A DNA stretch of 63,869 bases, filler included, from Guillardia theta CCMP2712 (lineage: Eukaryota; Protista; Cryptophyta), in the NCBI RefSeq assembly GCF_000315625.1. It is 5 parts of 4 records of this genome, joined end to end, with 100 filler letters (N's around TTAATTAATTAA, not from the genome) between each part and the next. Parts side by side here need not be neighbours in the genome. Positions count along the whole stretch, not along the records: positions 1 to 9,994 come from NW_005434271.1; positions 10,095 to 21,459 come from NW_005434287.1; 3 more parts are not named here. One strand, written 5' to 3'. A model generated the notes under the pieces. That model was not told the DNA's origin. It saw only the letters and a list, made by a program, of their open reading frames with translations, and did no database searches. The position numbers and the translations under genes were made by a program. Of this stretch, positions 1 to 12,189 are shown piece by piece. Positions within the stretch are counted from its first letter, which is position 1; each line of letters opens with the position of its first letter.

Positions 1-32
1 GGCCTCGCGTCTTCCTACTGTAGCTCACATAG

Positions 33-1007
33 GCTGAGGTCACAGGAGACGAGATCGAGATCCTCAAGGCACGAATCAGGGTCAGGGAGGCTGAGCTGGA
101 GGAGGCTGAGGTCACAGGAGACGAGATCGAGATCCTCAAGGCACGAATCAGGGTCAGGGAGGCAGAGCTGGAGGTGGCTGAGGTCACAGGAGACGAGATC
201 GAGATCGCAGAGGCCCTTCTTGCCCTCAGGATGGCAGAGCTGGAGGAGGTTTGGCTGAGAGGAGGCCAGATAAAGTTCGAAAGGGCAGTCGAGCTAGCCA
301 GGCAGGCAAGCATAAGCTTGTCGTTGCTCAGGAGGACGGCAGAGCTGAAGGAGATTGAGGACACAGGAGACGAGATCGAGATCGCAAAGGCGCGTTTCAG
401 ACTGACACAAGCAGAGCTTGACGAGGCGAAGATCAAAGGAGACAAGATTAAGATTGCAGGGGCATATCTCAAGTACAGGAAGACATACCTCGATATGATT
501 CAAGTCACAGGAGACGAGATCGAGGTCGCAGACGCCCTCCTGACAGTCAGGAAGGCAGAGCTGAGGGAGGCTGAGGTCACAGGAGACGAGATCGAGATCG
601 CGAGGGCACGCAAGTTAGTCGACCAGGCATGGCTAAGCTACTTTGTGCGCACGAGAGAGGCTGAGCTGAAGAAGGCTGAGGACACAGGAGACGAGATCAA
701 GATCGCAGACGCCCTCTTTAGCGTCAGGGTCGCAGAGCTGAAGGAGGCTGAGGTCACAGGAGACGAGATCGAGATCGCGAGGGCATCCAAGTTAGTCGAC
801 CAGGCATGGTTGCGCACGAGAGAGGCTGAGCTGAAGAAGGCTGAGGACACAGGAGACGAGATCAAGATCGCAGACGCCCTCTTTAGCGTCAGGGTCGCAG
901 AGCTGAAGGAGGCTGAGAACTCAGGAGACGAGATCGAGATCGCGAGGGCATCCAAGTTAGTCAACCAGGCATGGCTAAGCTTGTCGTCGCACAAGAGAGA
1001 GGCTTAG
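33..1007 (+). CDS. Terminal exon of a novel alpha-helical tandem-repeat protein (~24-aa unit AEVTGDEIEIAxAxxxVRxAELxE)
   Basis: AG acceptor at 31-32; frame open from 33 to TAG at 1005-1007; about a dozen recurrences of (T/S/K)GD(E/K)I(E/K)(I/V); one degenerate unit continues past the stop (~1010-1150). Confidence 0.7.
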   Translation, partial: AEVTGDEIEILKARIRVREAELEEAEVTGDEIEILKARIRVREAELEVAEVTGDEIEIAEALLALRMAELEEVWLRGGQIKFERAVELARQASISLSLLRRTAELKEIEDTGDEIEIAKARFRLTQAELDEAKIKGDKIKIAGAYLKYRKTYLDMIQVTGDEIEVADALLTVRKAELREAEVTGDEIEIARARKLVDQAWLSYFVRTREAELKKAEDTGDEIKIADALFSVRVAELKEAEVTGDEIEIARASKLVDQAWLRTREAELKKAEDTGDEIKIADALFSVRVAELKEAENSGDEIEIARASKLVNQAWLSLSSHKREA

Positions 1008-1591
1008 CTTGACAAGGCTCGAGGTACAGGAGACGAGATCGAGATCGCGAGGGCACGCGAGTCAGTGGATGAGGCAGAGCTATGCTACTTTGTGCGCAAG
1101 ACGGGGGCAGAACTGGAGTAGGCTCAAGGCCCTGGAGACAAGATCAAGCTCAGGCCACCTATACATGAAGCTGACCACGGCTGACTCTCTATATCATGTA
1201 TCCCCCACTTCACGTTGCATATGTGCAGCACCACCCCGTACACCCTCATCCGCCTCCTCCCCTTCCACACTGTGGCTCTTGTATCTCGTGAATCCTCTTG
1301 CGCCTCCTCGCTGAGCTGCCTCTGGTAGAGGACCTCCATCTTCTCCCAGTCCGCCTCCCCTCCTCGCATCCTCGTTTTACCCAGGTTTCCATCGCCTCTG
1401 CCTGCGTCTCTGCTGAAGCCCTTCACGCACCCCACGGGGTCTCCGTCCCTCTTTCCTCCCACCAGCCTGCACCACACCCNNNNNNNNNNNNNNNNNNNNN
1501 NNNNNNNNNNNNNNNNNNNNNNNNNNNNNNNNNNNNNNNNNNNNNNNNNNNNNNNNNNNNNNNNNNNNNNNNNNNNNNNNNNNNNNNNNTT

Positions 1592-3421
1592 ATGTCGACT
1601 TGCGCTGCTTGTTACAGTGAGGCGACTGCTTTCCAACATTTGCCGTGATTGTTTTCCTACTCAGACATTATGCGCATCGACAGCATCATAGTGGGAGTGA
1701 AAGAACGCAACTTGGCCAATCCACAGACGTATTCTGCTATTCTTCTCCTCCCATCACATTGTGTATCCTTTGAGGTTTTTGGTGACCATTTTCATACAGT
1801 CTTTGGTATCACTTAGATCATGTTGAAGTCCCGTCTCATGCTGTTGGACGAGCCAGCGAGATCAGCGGATACAAGTGACGAAAGATTTTCATGTGAACTC
1901 CCTCTGATTTGTTTTCTGTCTGCAGCAATCTTGACGGCGATGCCAAAGAGACAGCCAACATTGCTTTCTCTGCTGTTCGTAATCCCTGGAAAGGATCTCG
2001 ATTGTCATCGGAGCTCCTTGGAAGCTGTGCGTGTTTGTTTCTGCCCTTGTGACTGTATATCCTCCCTCTCTTCCTTCGCATCTCCCTTTGAGTTGCTCTT
2101 CTCTGCTACTTCGATAGCTTTCCTTCCTCCTCCTTCCTCGTCCTCCTCCTCCTCCACCACCTCCTTCTTCTTCCTTCTCCTTCCTCCTCCTCCTCTCTCC
2201 TCCTCTTTTTCATCCTCCTTCCTTCTTCTACTGCTCCTCCTCCTCCTCCTCCTCTCTCCTCCTCCTGCTCCTTCTTCCTCCTCTTCCTTCCTGCTTCTCT
2301 TCTTTCTTATTCAAACTGCATGCTAATGCAAGCAGCCGTGGCAGCTCCCGATCGCTTTCACCGTCAGCCAAGTCTCCGTCCGTTTGTCTTCTCCTTGATG
2401 ATAAGCTCCTGCAACTTTCTTCCGGCAGAGACGCTGTCTGTCCCCTATGCCGCGGCAAACTTTCAAAGGGCGACGTGTTCTCGGTAGAGCAAACGCGGGA
2501 GGCTCGACAGAACCTTGCTCGCAATGCATCCGACGAGGACGAGGACGGGGAGAGGCAGACGGATCGGGTGCAAGCGGAAGAGGAGGAGCGGGAAGAGGAG
2601 GAGCAGAGGCTGAGCCCCAAGATTCAAGCGCTTCTCCTCGATGTGGAGGAGGCTCTGCAGGCAGACAAGACAGTCAAGTCTGTCGTGTTTTCCAGCTTCC
2701 TCTCATGTTTGGATGAGATAGAAAGTGCCATGATCGCTGCTGGCATCCCCGTCTTTCGCATCGATAACACGACGAGCATCCTCCAGCGCCGGCGGCTGAT
2801 ACAAGACTTTGACTCTCATCCTCAAGGCGCCCTTCTCCTCCTCAGCTCCAAGGTGAGAATCCTTTCCACCTCCTTCCCCCTGCTCCCCTCCCCTCGCTCT
2901 GACCTCCAGCTAGGTGAGAGGCGCGGGGCTCTCGCTCACCATGGCGTCGAGAGCTCACATGATGGCACCATAGCCCTTTTCTCTGAGACATGCCGAGACT
3001 ATGTCTGAGAACTGTCCACATGTCATCGCTAAGTAAACTCTGAGTTGAGCTTGCTGTGCTATGAGCTCTGACAGAGCTCACATGATGGCACCATAGCCCT
3101 TTTCTCTGAGACATGCCGAGACTATGTCTGAGAACTGTCCACATGTCATCGCTAAGTAAACTCTGAGTTGAGCTTGCTGTGCTATGAGCTCATTGGTGGA
3201 ACGCGGCAGTCGACGAGCAGGCGATGCATCGGCTCCACCGCATCGGGCAGACGGGCCCAGTCACCATCATCGGCTACAAGTGCCAAGGGACCGTTGAGCA
3301 CAAGATCATGGAGATGCAGGAGAAGAAAGATTGGCTGGGGAAGGCGCCGATGATGAGGATGGAAGCCGACGAGCTGCTGGAAATGCGCCTGCGGCTGTTG
3401 AGGACGCTGATCCTGAGATAG
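1592..3421 (+). CDS. 3' part of a RAD5/HLTF-like SNF2 helicase (RING remnant plus helicase C-terminal domain), multi-exon
   Basis: Exons encode CAAC..HLPC (RING-like), SPKIQALL..KSVVFSSF..LDEIE..FRID, GLSLTMASRAHMM and WWNAAVDEQAMHRLHRIGQTGPVTI..TVEHKIMEMQEKK, the SNF2 motifs IV-VI. Confidence 0.85.
2950..3191 (+). repeat. Tandem duplication, two copies of a 123-bp unit bounded by GAGCTC
   Basis: agagctcacatgatggcacc...gctatgagctc occurs at 2950 and again at 3073. Confidence 0.9.
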
Positions 3422-3437
3422 AGTCAGGGATGTCGTG

Positions 3438-3608
3438 AGAGACGACTACTCGGTGGGAGACGACTACTCGGTGGGAGACGACTACTCGGTGGGAGACGAC
3501 TACTCGGTGGGAGACGACTACTCGGTGGGAGACGACTACTCGGTGGGAGACGACTACTCGGTGGGAGACGACTACTCGGTGGGAGACGACTACTCGGTGG
3601 GAGACGAC
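3438..3608 (+). repeat. 18-bp minisatellite (gagacgactactcggtgg) x ~9.5
   Basis: Perfect tandem copies immediately after the helicase stop codon. Confidence 0.95.
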
Positions 3609-4652
3609 CGTACTCGGATCTGATGTGAAATTTATTCGTATGTTCATTCTGCTTCCACCAGCCTCGGAGATCCTCGTCCTGATTTTAACTTAACTGATTT
3701 TCCTCGTACTGATTTTAACTTAACTTCCAACAGCCTCGGAGATCCCTCGGCGTCGCCCACTTGTCCTCTCTCAAACTTGATGCTGCTGATAGACACAAGG
3801 GGGGGGAGACTCGGAACTTACCGTACCGACTGATCGACCGTTATAAACCGTTGCCCGTGTCGCCACCGTACCATCTACCGTACAGAGTCAGCGACTACTT
3901 GTATTCCGGCAATGAAACAGGGCCACAGTGAAATCGAGTACCTTCCGAGCGTGGGCGCAGGTTCTTGTTGCCAACTTGGGACTGCTCGGTCACCTGCTGG
4001 GGAGGCATGTGCGACAGCGGGTGCTGAGGCTGGCAAGTCATGAGGATGCTGGCTTCGCTTCTCCTCTCTTGGCTCTCGGCTCTCCCTCCCTTCTCTTCCC
4101 TCCTCCTCCTCCTTGTCTCCCCCCCCGAAGCCTCACGGGCTGCTGACGCTGACAGCGAGCGCTCACGGCTCCTCCGCTGCGTCGCTCAGAGGTCAAGTGC
4201 AGTGATGTCTGCTGTACTGGCGATGCCAGACCAGCCAGCTAGACTCCAGCAGCAGACAGCAGCCCCTTGTACCTCAAGAGGCTCATCCTCGTACAGCCTG
4301 AGGGAAGGACTAGCGCTACTGCTCCTTGCTGCTCGAGCTCACTCGCCTCGTGCCAGCTCTCGCTCCTCGCAAGCCTCTGCTCCTCGTCCTACCAGCAGTG
4401 AGGGAAGCCACCCGTACTTGCGACTCTCTCTCAGGCACCAGGGGTCATCCTCCCGAGCACATCTAGTCCTTGTATGCATCAAGCGCTTTGAGAGTCGTTT
4501 GACTGACTTTGTTGACGATCAAGGCTGAGACTAGCCTTGAGTGCTGTCCCCTAGCTGGGGTAGGTCCAGTCTGAGGTGAGCTCGCTTTTACTAGGGCTCT
4601 GATAGGTATGAGAGCGATATCTATGGCTGCAGCTTGTTGGCTCAGTCTGAGA

Positions 4653-7600
4653 CTAGTCGATACCTAAACCTCTAAGATAATCCTTGACATCTGAGTTAGG
4701 AGTCATGGTGAAACAAGTCCAGCCGTGCTTGTCCTTCTCCCTCAGCACCTTCTTCCCGCATGTCTCTACAACATACCGCAGCACCTCCAAGTCCCCTCCC
4801 TCACTCGCCATGTGCGCGCATGTCCAGCCGTCATTGTTCTTCTCCCTCAGCACCTCCTCCCCGCATGTCTCTACAACATACCGCACTACCTCCAAGTGCC
4901 CTCCCGCACTCGCATAGTGCGCGCATGTCCTGCCGTGCTTGTCCTTCTCCCTCAGNNNNNNNNNNNNNNNNNNNNNNNNNNNNNNNNNNNNNNNNNNNNN
5001 NNNNNNNNNNNNNNNNNNNNNNNNNNNNNNNNNNNNNNNNNNNNNNNNNNNNNNNNNNNNNNNNNNNNNNNNNNNNNNNNNNNNNNNNNNCCGCACTACC
5101 TCCATGTGCCCTCCAAAGCTCGCCCAGTGCGCACATGTCTTGCCGTCATTGGCCTTCTCCCTCAGCACCTCCTCCCCGCATGTCTCCACAGCATACCGCA
5201 CTACCTCCAAGTGCCCTCCTGCACTTGCCAAGTGCGCGCATGTCCCGCCGGCATTGTCCTTCTCCCTCAGCACCTCCTCCCCGCAGGTCTCCCCAGCATA
5301 CCGCACTACCTCCAAGTGCCCTCCCTCACTCGCATAGTGCGCACATGTCCTTCTTTCATTGTCCTTCTCCCTCAGCAGCTCCTCCCCGCATGTCACCCCA
5401 ACATACCGCACTACCTCCAAGTGCCCTCCTGCACTCGCCCTGTGCGCGCATGTCGAGCCGGCATTGGTCTTCTCCCTCAGCACCTCCTCCCCGCATGTCT
5501 CTACAACATACCGCACTACCTCCAAGTGCCCTTCCGCACTCGCATAGTGCGCGCATGTCTTGCCGTCAATGTCTTTCTCCATCATCAAGGTCCTCAGAGT
5601 CTCTTTCCCGCATTGTTCCTCTACCGTCTTCAGCACCTCCACATGCCCATACTCCCCTGCCCAGTGCACCATCGTCTTCCCTGCCTTGTCCCTCGCTCCT
5701 ACCTCTGCTCCTGCCTCTATCAGCTCCCTCACGCTCCCCGCCCTCCCCAGCATCCCCGCTACATGCAGCCCTGTCCTCCCGTCCTCCGTCCGCTCGTCCA
5801 TGTCGCATTCGGCCGCCTTCAGCAGCCCGATCAGCTCCCCCTGTCCTCGGACCACCGACGTCACTGTCGGCGGATCCCCGTGCTGGCCCGACCTNNNNNN
5901 NNNNNNNNNNNNNNNNNNNNNNNNNNNNNNNNNNNNNNNNNNNNNNNNNNNNNNNNNNNNNNNNNNNNNNNNNNNNNNNNNNNNNNNNNNNNNNNNNNNN
6001 NNNNNNNNNNNNNNNNNNNNNNNNNNNNNNNNNNNNNNNNNNNNNNNNNNNNNNNNNNNNNNNNNNNNNNCGTTGCCGGTCTTCGTTGAAGGACGCGACT
6101 CTTCGCTGTCCTTGACTCGGTTCGACAGCTCGATCGCCTCCTTGTAGTTTGACTCGTCGTTGTACCAGCCCGACTCCCTCGCCCTGCTCGCCTCCACCAG
6201 CCCCCAGCACTCCTCCACGATCGATTGTACAAGATTTTGATGAAGGTTATTGATTGAGTCAGCCGGTGCTGTCCTAAGCCGCTCCTGGATCCTCCCCTCC
6301 CACCCCCTCACGTCTCGCTCTACCTCCCTCGCCAGGTTCTCCATCAGCCCTACGTACAGCTGCTTCCTCTTCCCCACAAAGTCCTCGATCGTCAAGCTCA
6401 TCGTGTTCGCGTTGATCTTCAGCTCCAGCACCTTCACCCGCCTCCCCTCTACCTCCCTGTACCGCGGCGTCTTCACCACCTCCAGGTACGACAGCGGCGG
6501 ATACAGCATCTCCCCCTCCCCCGGATACTGAGACACAAACGTCAAGCTCGCCCCCCGGTCGATCGCCCCGCAGCTGATCTCGAACACGATCGACTCTCCC
6601 TCCTCCCCGGCGTACTGCATCGCCGTCCTGACGTCTGTCGTCGTGCTCAGCAGCCCGTACTCGACTCCTCCGGACACCCCGAGCTTGTCCTCGTTGAGGA
6701 AGCTCTCCGGCAGCCTCATCCCCTTCAGCCCCCTCCACACCCGCAGCCCCTCCGGCAGAGGCGTGTGACGAGACAGCTTCACGACCCCGCTGACGATGCA
6801 GTGGATGGTCGTCGTGTACTTGTTGGGGACCTTGTTGGAGTCTCGGAGGAGCTCGTTGGGAGCTCGAAGAACAGAGTTGTACTTGAAGTACATCGGCCCT
6901 GTCATAGCAAGCCTCTTGTCAGCCTTCTCACGCTCTCTTGCTCCTCTCTTCTCCCCCATGCTCCTTCTCCCTCTCTCGCTATCTCTCTCTTACCTGTGTA
7001 GAGCTGCAGCGCGATCAGCTCCGCCTCCTGTAGCCCCGCCTTGATCGCCGTGTCCAGCCCCTTCAGCTCCTCCATCCCTCGGATCACCCGCGTCCCGTCC
7101 GACAGCCTCTGCCTCCTCTCCGGGTCTGTGACGTTGAGCCACTCCTCCTTGGCTGTCGTCGTGATGTTGTAGTTGCTCGTCGTGAACGCTTCCTCCGCGT
7201 CCTTGCCCTTGCAGTGCTCCTCCTCTATCGCCTTCATCAGCTCCGTCTGAGGTAGCCCGATCCGCTCCATCAGCCCCCCGTAGTACTCCTCGATCTTCCC
7301 GTACACGGCCTCGCGTACCTCCGCAAACTTGCTGTTGTGCGACGTCGGACCGTCTCCTCCCGCCCGCCCTCCTGCCTCCGCCGGCCTCCTCAGCGCCTCC
7401 TCGAGCCTCCTCCCTATCACCGTCTGCCATAGAGCCGATAGAGCGCTCTCCGTCATCCCCTGTAGCCCCGCAAGAGGACTCGCCGCGCTCCCGCCGGGGA
7501 TGCACTCCGCCATGACTCGGAGGATGTTGAGGTCGCCGAGGCTGCTGGTCTTGCGCTCGAGCTCCCACTCTCTTGCGACTCTGACCTCGTAGTCGTCGTA

Positions 7601-8023
7601 CGAGAGCTTGTCAGGGCTGAGGGCCGACGCGTCGACGCCGAGAGCCATGCGGAGGTTGTTGAGAATCGTTTTGTAATCCTTTGAGTCTCGAGGGGTCTGA
7701 AAGAGCTTCTTGAGGTCAGAGCTGATGTCGTCGGGGATAGTCCAGCTGGTCGTCTGCTGGGCACTAGCTGGTGGATCAGCCGTGGGATGGCTGATTTGAG
7801 ATTTGATCTCGATGTCTGTCTTGTTTGACGGCTGAGTCGTAGGGCTGGAGATGCTTGACGGGACTCCTTGAGGAGCTGGGGGATCTTTGACAGTCTGCTT
7901 TCTCAGCTCGGCCTCGAGCTCTGAGATCCTTCTTGTCGCTTCTTCCAACCTCTGCTTGAGTAGCGAGTCATCATGACCCTCCTCGGGTTTCACTTTGGAC
8001 GAGAAGCAGGGGAAGCAACTCAT
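4653..8023 (-). CDS. NAD+:arginine-type mono-ADP-ribosyltransferase (R-S-ExE class) with C-terminal ankyrin repeats; two exons (8023-6994, 6898-4653)
   Basis: A GT-AG intron at 6993-6899 joins LQLYT|GPMYFKYNSVLR. ART motifs are VWRG, LLSTTT and SQYPGEGEMLYPP. C-terminal 35-aa ankyrin units follow (GxTCAHxASxxGHLEVVRY). The N-terminus MSCFPCF is Cys-rich. Two N gaps lie inside the CDS. Confidence 0.9.
4700..5575 (-). repeat. 105-bp coding minisatellite (ankyrin repeat array)
   Basis: Near-identical ccgcactacctccaagtgccctcc.../ttctccctcagcacctcctccccgcatgtc units with 105-bp period. Confidence 0.9.
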
Positions 8024-10038
8024 GTCCCTTTCTCAGCCCAGGGAGAAACCTGCTACAGGAGCTTACATCAGCCGGCTTCACATATCCTCTGTCCTCCACC
8101 ACTCTCTCCCTCCCTCGTTTTACGTCTCTCTGTCTTGGATCTTCCTCTGTTTGTGGTTCGGTTTACACCACAACGATCGGATTACAGAGCAGCTCAGCTT
8201 GTGTTGTACACCTGAGGCTTTCTGTCTATACACTCTGATCCTACTGCCTGCAAATGCAACTCCAAGAGCGTATCAGTCGCCTGCTTTTCAAGAGCTTATC
8301 AAGTATTCACCTCAACAAATGCCGTCTATTCTTGATCATAAGACCTATGACTCAATCTGACTTCCCCTCTCTTGGCTCACTTATCCATGCATGTCTTATT
8401 CTCTCTCGAAGCTCTGCCCTGCTTCCGACTCTGCCTCCTTCTCCCACGCCGTCTCCTTTCTCCCTTCCAGTGACTGTTGGTAGAGAGAGGGAAAAAAGAC
8501 AGCGAGGGAAGAAAAGACAAGGAGAAAGAAAGAAATAAGGAGATCAAGACAGAAAGCTTCTCTATCCTTCCTTGACACAGCAAGAGAGGGATCAAGAGCG
8601 CCGAAAACACATCAATCAAGCAGACAGAGAAGGTTTCCTCTCTCCTCTTGGTATTCGTCACGTTTCATCCCTTCCTTTAGCCGTTTCTTTTCCCTCCTCT
8701 CTTCTCCTTTCTTCTGTCTGTTGTCACGTCTCCTTCTCTCTGCAGCAGCTACAAGACATCTCACACACACTAGCGACAAGACAAGCTTGTCGTCACCCTC
8801 CCTCAAGCTCCTTCCATCCCCTCTCCCTCTCTCCTCCCGCTCTCCCCCTTCATCCTCCTGCCATATTTCCCGCCCAACCACCCCTCTACATGGAGCCCTA
8901 CCCTAGTCGTATACCACCCTGTATAATCCCATGGTTTCAGCCTATCAGGTACGGGTGAGCCACACCAGCCTACCCTACCTGTTGATGTATTTTGCACTGC
9001 CCTACCCCACCCCCAGAAGCCCCAGGTTTCCGCTAGTCATCGTAAGGGGTGGACGCGCTAATTGGAGCAACGGATCCGAGGCGGACTGCTGCTAGGCTGA
9101 AGATCGGACCGTACGGTAAAAGACAACGTGACTCAGTGACGGTCACCGGGCCCGGGGTACAGTGACTGCGGCTGACTGTGCGGGCCCTGACTCAGCGGCC
9201 CTGGATGCCGACGAATGAAATGGAAGCCCAGGATGATCCGAGCGATGGCTCACGGGTGCCGAGTCGAAGCCTTCTCGCTGGGGGCCCGGAGGCTGAGCCT
9301 TGAAGCCCAGGATGATCGCTCTTAACGGGCTTGCGACTCGGATGAGCCGCACGGGCCGCGCCGGGCCCTCGATCAAGAGGCTTCTGCTGACCTGACGCCC
9401 GGCCTGCGGAACATTCTGGGGTCAAACCGCGTTGGTTTTCGCCCTATATCTTCAAGGGGGTGGTGCATGGGAAAATGGGGGTACACGGCGTGTAATTTGC
9501 GCAGGTTGAAATTCTGTACTGTTGAAATTCAAACCATATTCAAAACCGTGATTAAAAGTGATTTTGGAAGTTTAGCTTATCGTTTCTTGGTACCTTCTAA
9601 AATGTTTTAATTCTACACGCGCCATCCACCCACTACCCCAGCGCGTCTCCCCTCACCATTCTGCTCTCATGTCGCGAAGCTCTTCTCTGCCGATCCTTGT
9701 CTTCAGTGTTTGAGTTTTGTGCGAGCATGTTTGCCCAAGTTGCAGTCACTTGCAGCAGGTGAGCCTCATCAATATTTCTCTTCGTCAAACCCGCTGTGCC
9801 GGTTGGTGAAAATGTTACAATGCCATAATCTGTTTTCAAAGTTTGGTTTGTTGAACGCATCCATTGATGGGGACGAGTATACCACGAACACACACGAGCA
9901 TGAAGAGACTCGAAATTATTTTGTGAGAGGAAAAGGTGCAAATGAACTCATTACATCACACAGGTAGAGAGTTCTTCTGTGGATTGTTCATTTTNNNNNN
10001 NNNNNNNNNNNNNNNNNNNNNNNNNNNNNNNNNNNNNN

Positions 10039-10050
10039 TTAATTAATTAA
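10039..10050. other. Artificial contig-concatenation linker TTAATTAATTAA in N-run (also 21504-21515, 48417-48428, 61214-61225)
   Basis: Identical 12-mer, centred in equal-length N-runs, four times. Confidence 0.95.
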
Positions 10051-10113
10051 NNNNNNNNNNNNNNNNNNNNNNNNNNNNNNNNNNNNNNNNNNNNGGATGA
10101 GGCGATGAGGCGA

Positions 10114-12157
10114 TCCTTTACCGGCAGAGGAGGCCCCCGAGGCGCTTCTCAACAGCTTCCTCTTTCTTGTGTCGCTCCCCAACCGAGCGATGATTCAACT
10201 GCAGGTAGTCGATGAGAGAAGGGGGGGGGGAGGAGGAGGGGGAGAGGTATGCTATGACGAGGAGAGGGGGGAATGACGAGAGCGAGGGAGGGAGGAAATT
10301 CGAGGAAACCAAAAAGCAGAAGGAAAGGAGGGGAGGGTGCGGGATGAAGCGATGGAGAAGGAAATAGAAGAAGGGGAGGAGAGGAGAAGGTACAAGGGAA
10401 CAGCATGGGCAACAGGACAGGAAGAGAGGAGCGAGAATGGAGAAGCAGCGGGGGCGGGAGCGAAAGCACTCTAGTACCTTGATCTGCTTCTTGATGGTAG
10501 GTTTTGCCACTAACTTGGTTGAGACCTTGCGAGCAGAGTGAAGAGGCACTTGCCCGTTAATGGCGGCAAACACATCCTGCACGTCTCCAGCAGCTGCAAG
10601 CTGCTTGTTCTCCATCCTATCCTTCTTGGCCTCTTCATCCAACTTCCCTCGTCGCCTCTGGGACGGACTGGCATCACTGCTCTTCGCTGCCTTCGATCCA
10701 AGGGCGAGAGGGGTGGACAGGGAGGAGGAGGAGGAGGAGGAGAAGTTGCCCTGCGTCTCCGGGATGATGTCCTCAGACTCCTTGAGCTGCTTCTTGAACT
10801 TCCCTTCCGCAGCCTGCAGCCTCTCCTGCGCCTCCTCCTCCTTCAGCTTCGCCTCTCCCACCTTCTCCGCAAAGGTCTTTGCCTTCAGCGCGAGGGCCTC
10901 TGCCCTCCTTGCCATTGCCGCCTGCTGCTCAAACGCACTCTCTGCTTCCTTGGCCCTTGCCTCCTCCGCTGCTGCCTGCTTCAGCAACCCGGTAGCAGCC
11001 TGCATCACCTTCTTGGAGCGCTCCACTCCACCTCCTCCTCCCCTCTTCGCTCCCTGCAGCAGCGGCTGGACATTCTTGCGGAAGAAATCATGTGACCTCC
11101 TGCCTCCCATGAGCTTCTGCTCCACTCCTCCCGACCTCGGGCTCCTCGCAGGCCAGCTGGCGGTACCAGGAAGAGGAGCAGGGTTGTTGTACTCGCGCTC
11201 AGGGGAGATGCCGATGTTGTAGCTGTCCTCCAGCCCGTCCGACTTCACCATGGCGTCGTCCCATTGCGAGTGCTCGTCCCCCGTGTTCACTCCCAGCCTG
11301 TCTAACGCCCCGTCCCTAGTCGTCCTGGGCTTCGAAGTCTTCTTGCTCTGCGTGTAAGTCGGCAGGCTCTGCCCTGTGTGGATCATGTGGGCAGGGTTCA
11401 CATGCCCTGCCTTCACGTGGTTGTCACCGGGAAAGCCAAGGTCTGGGCCACCGCCCTCCCCGGTGTTCACTCCCTTGCTGCTGAGATGGTGGTTGGACGT
11501 CTCAACAGGAGCGTGAGGGGAGGAGGTAAGCTGGCTCATCCTGGGGGAGACGGCAAAGATTCCTCCTGCACGGTGAGAGGGAGAGCTCCACTCCCGGTGA
11601 GGGGAGGAGCCGACGTTGTAGGGGTCCTCCATTGCTGAAGTCTCAACGGCCTCGTCGTCCCACTGGCTGTGCTCTGAGCCAGTGTTGATCCCAGCGTCGT
11701 CCAGCCTGCTCCTCTCCCGCACGGGTTCCGCTGTGGGTGTCAGGTTGGGGACGAGATCAGGATCGCTGCCCTCCGCAGAGAAGAAGTAAGAGGGGTTTCT
11801 ATGTCCCTGCCGCACAGTGACATCCATGCCAGGATGGTGATTGTACTCCTCTCCTGTGTTCACGCCAAGTCCGGCCAGCTTGCCCTGTCCACTCTGGGGT
11901 ACAGCTGCGAGCTTGCTGGCCTTCAACTGCCTCTTTGCCTCTGCCTCCAGCTTGTTCCACCCCGCAATCACCTGCTCCACGCTTTCATGCCCCAGCCTCG
12001 ATCGGCTCTCAAGCTCAATCCAGGAGGAGGATGCCGAGGAGGAGGGAGAAGCAGCCAGCATGTCGCTTCTCTGTACCAGGTGCATGCTCACAAGCACCAT
12101 CATCAGCATCATCCCCGCCGCCATCGGCGACACCAGCGCCGCCTTCACCCGGGCCAT
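10114..12157 (-). CDS. Hypothetical secreted or signal-anchored protein with GVNTG repeats and a coiled coil; 3' end runs into the gap
   Basis: Long first exon (12157 to ~10478, GT donor after KKQIK); hydrophobic N-terminus; four G(V/I)NTG motifs arranged as two internal repeats; Ala/Glu/Lys-rich coiled coil. Confidence 0.7.
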
Positions 12158-12189
12158 CGCCTTTCCTCCGCGCCCCTTCGCAATCAGTC

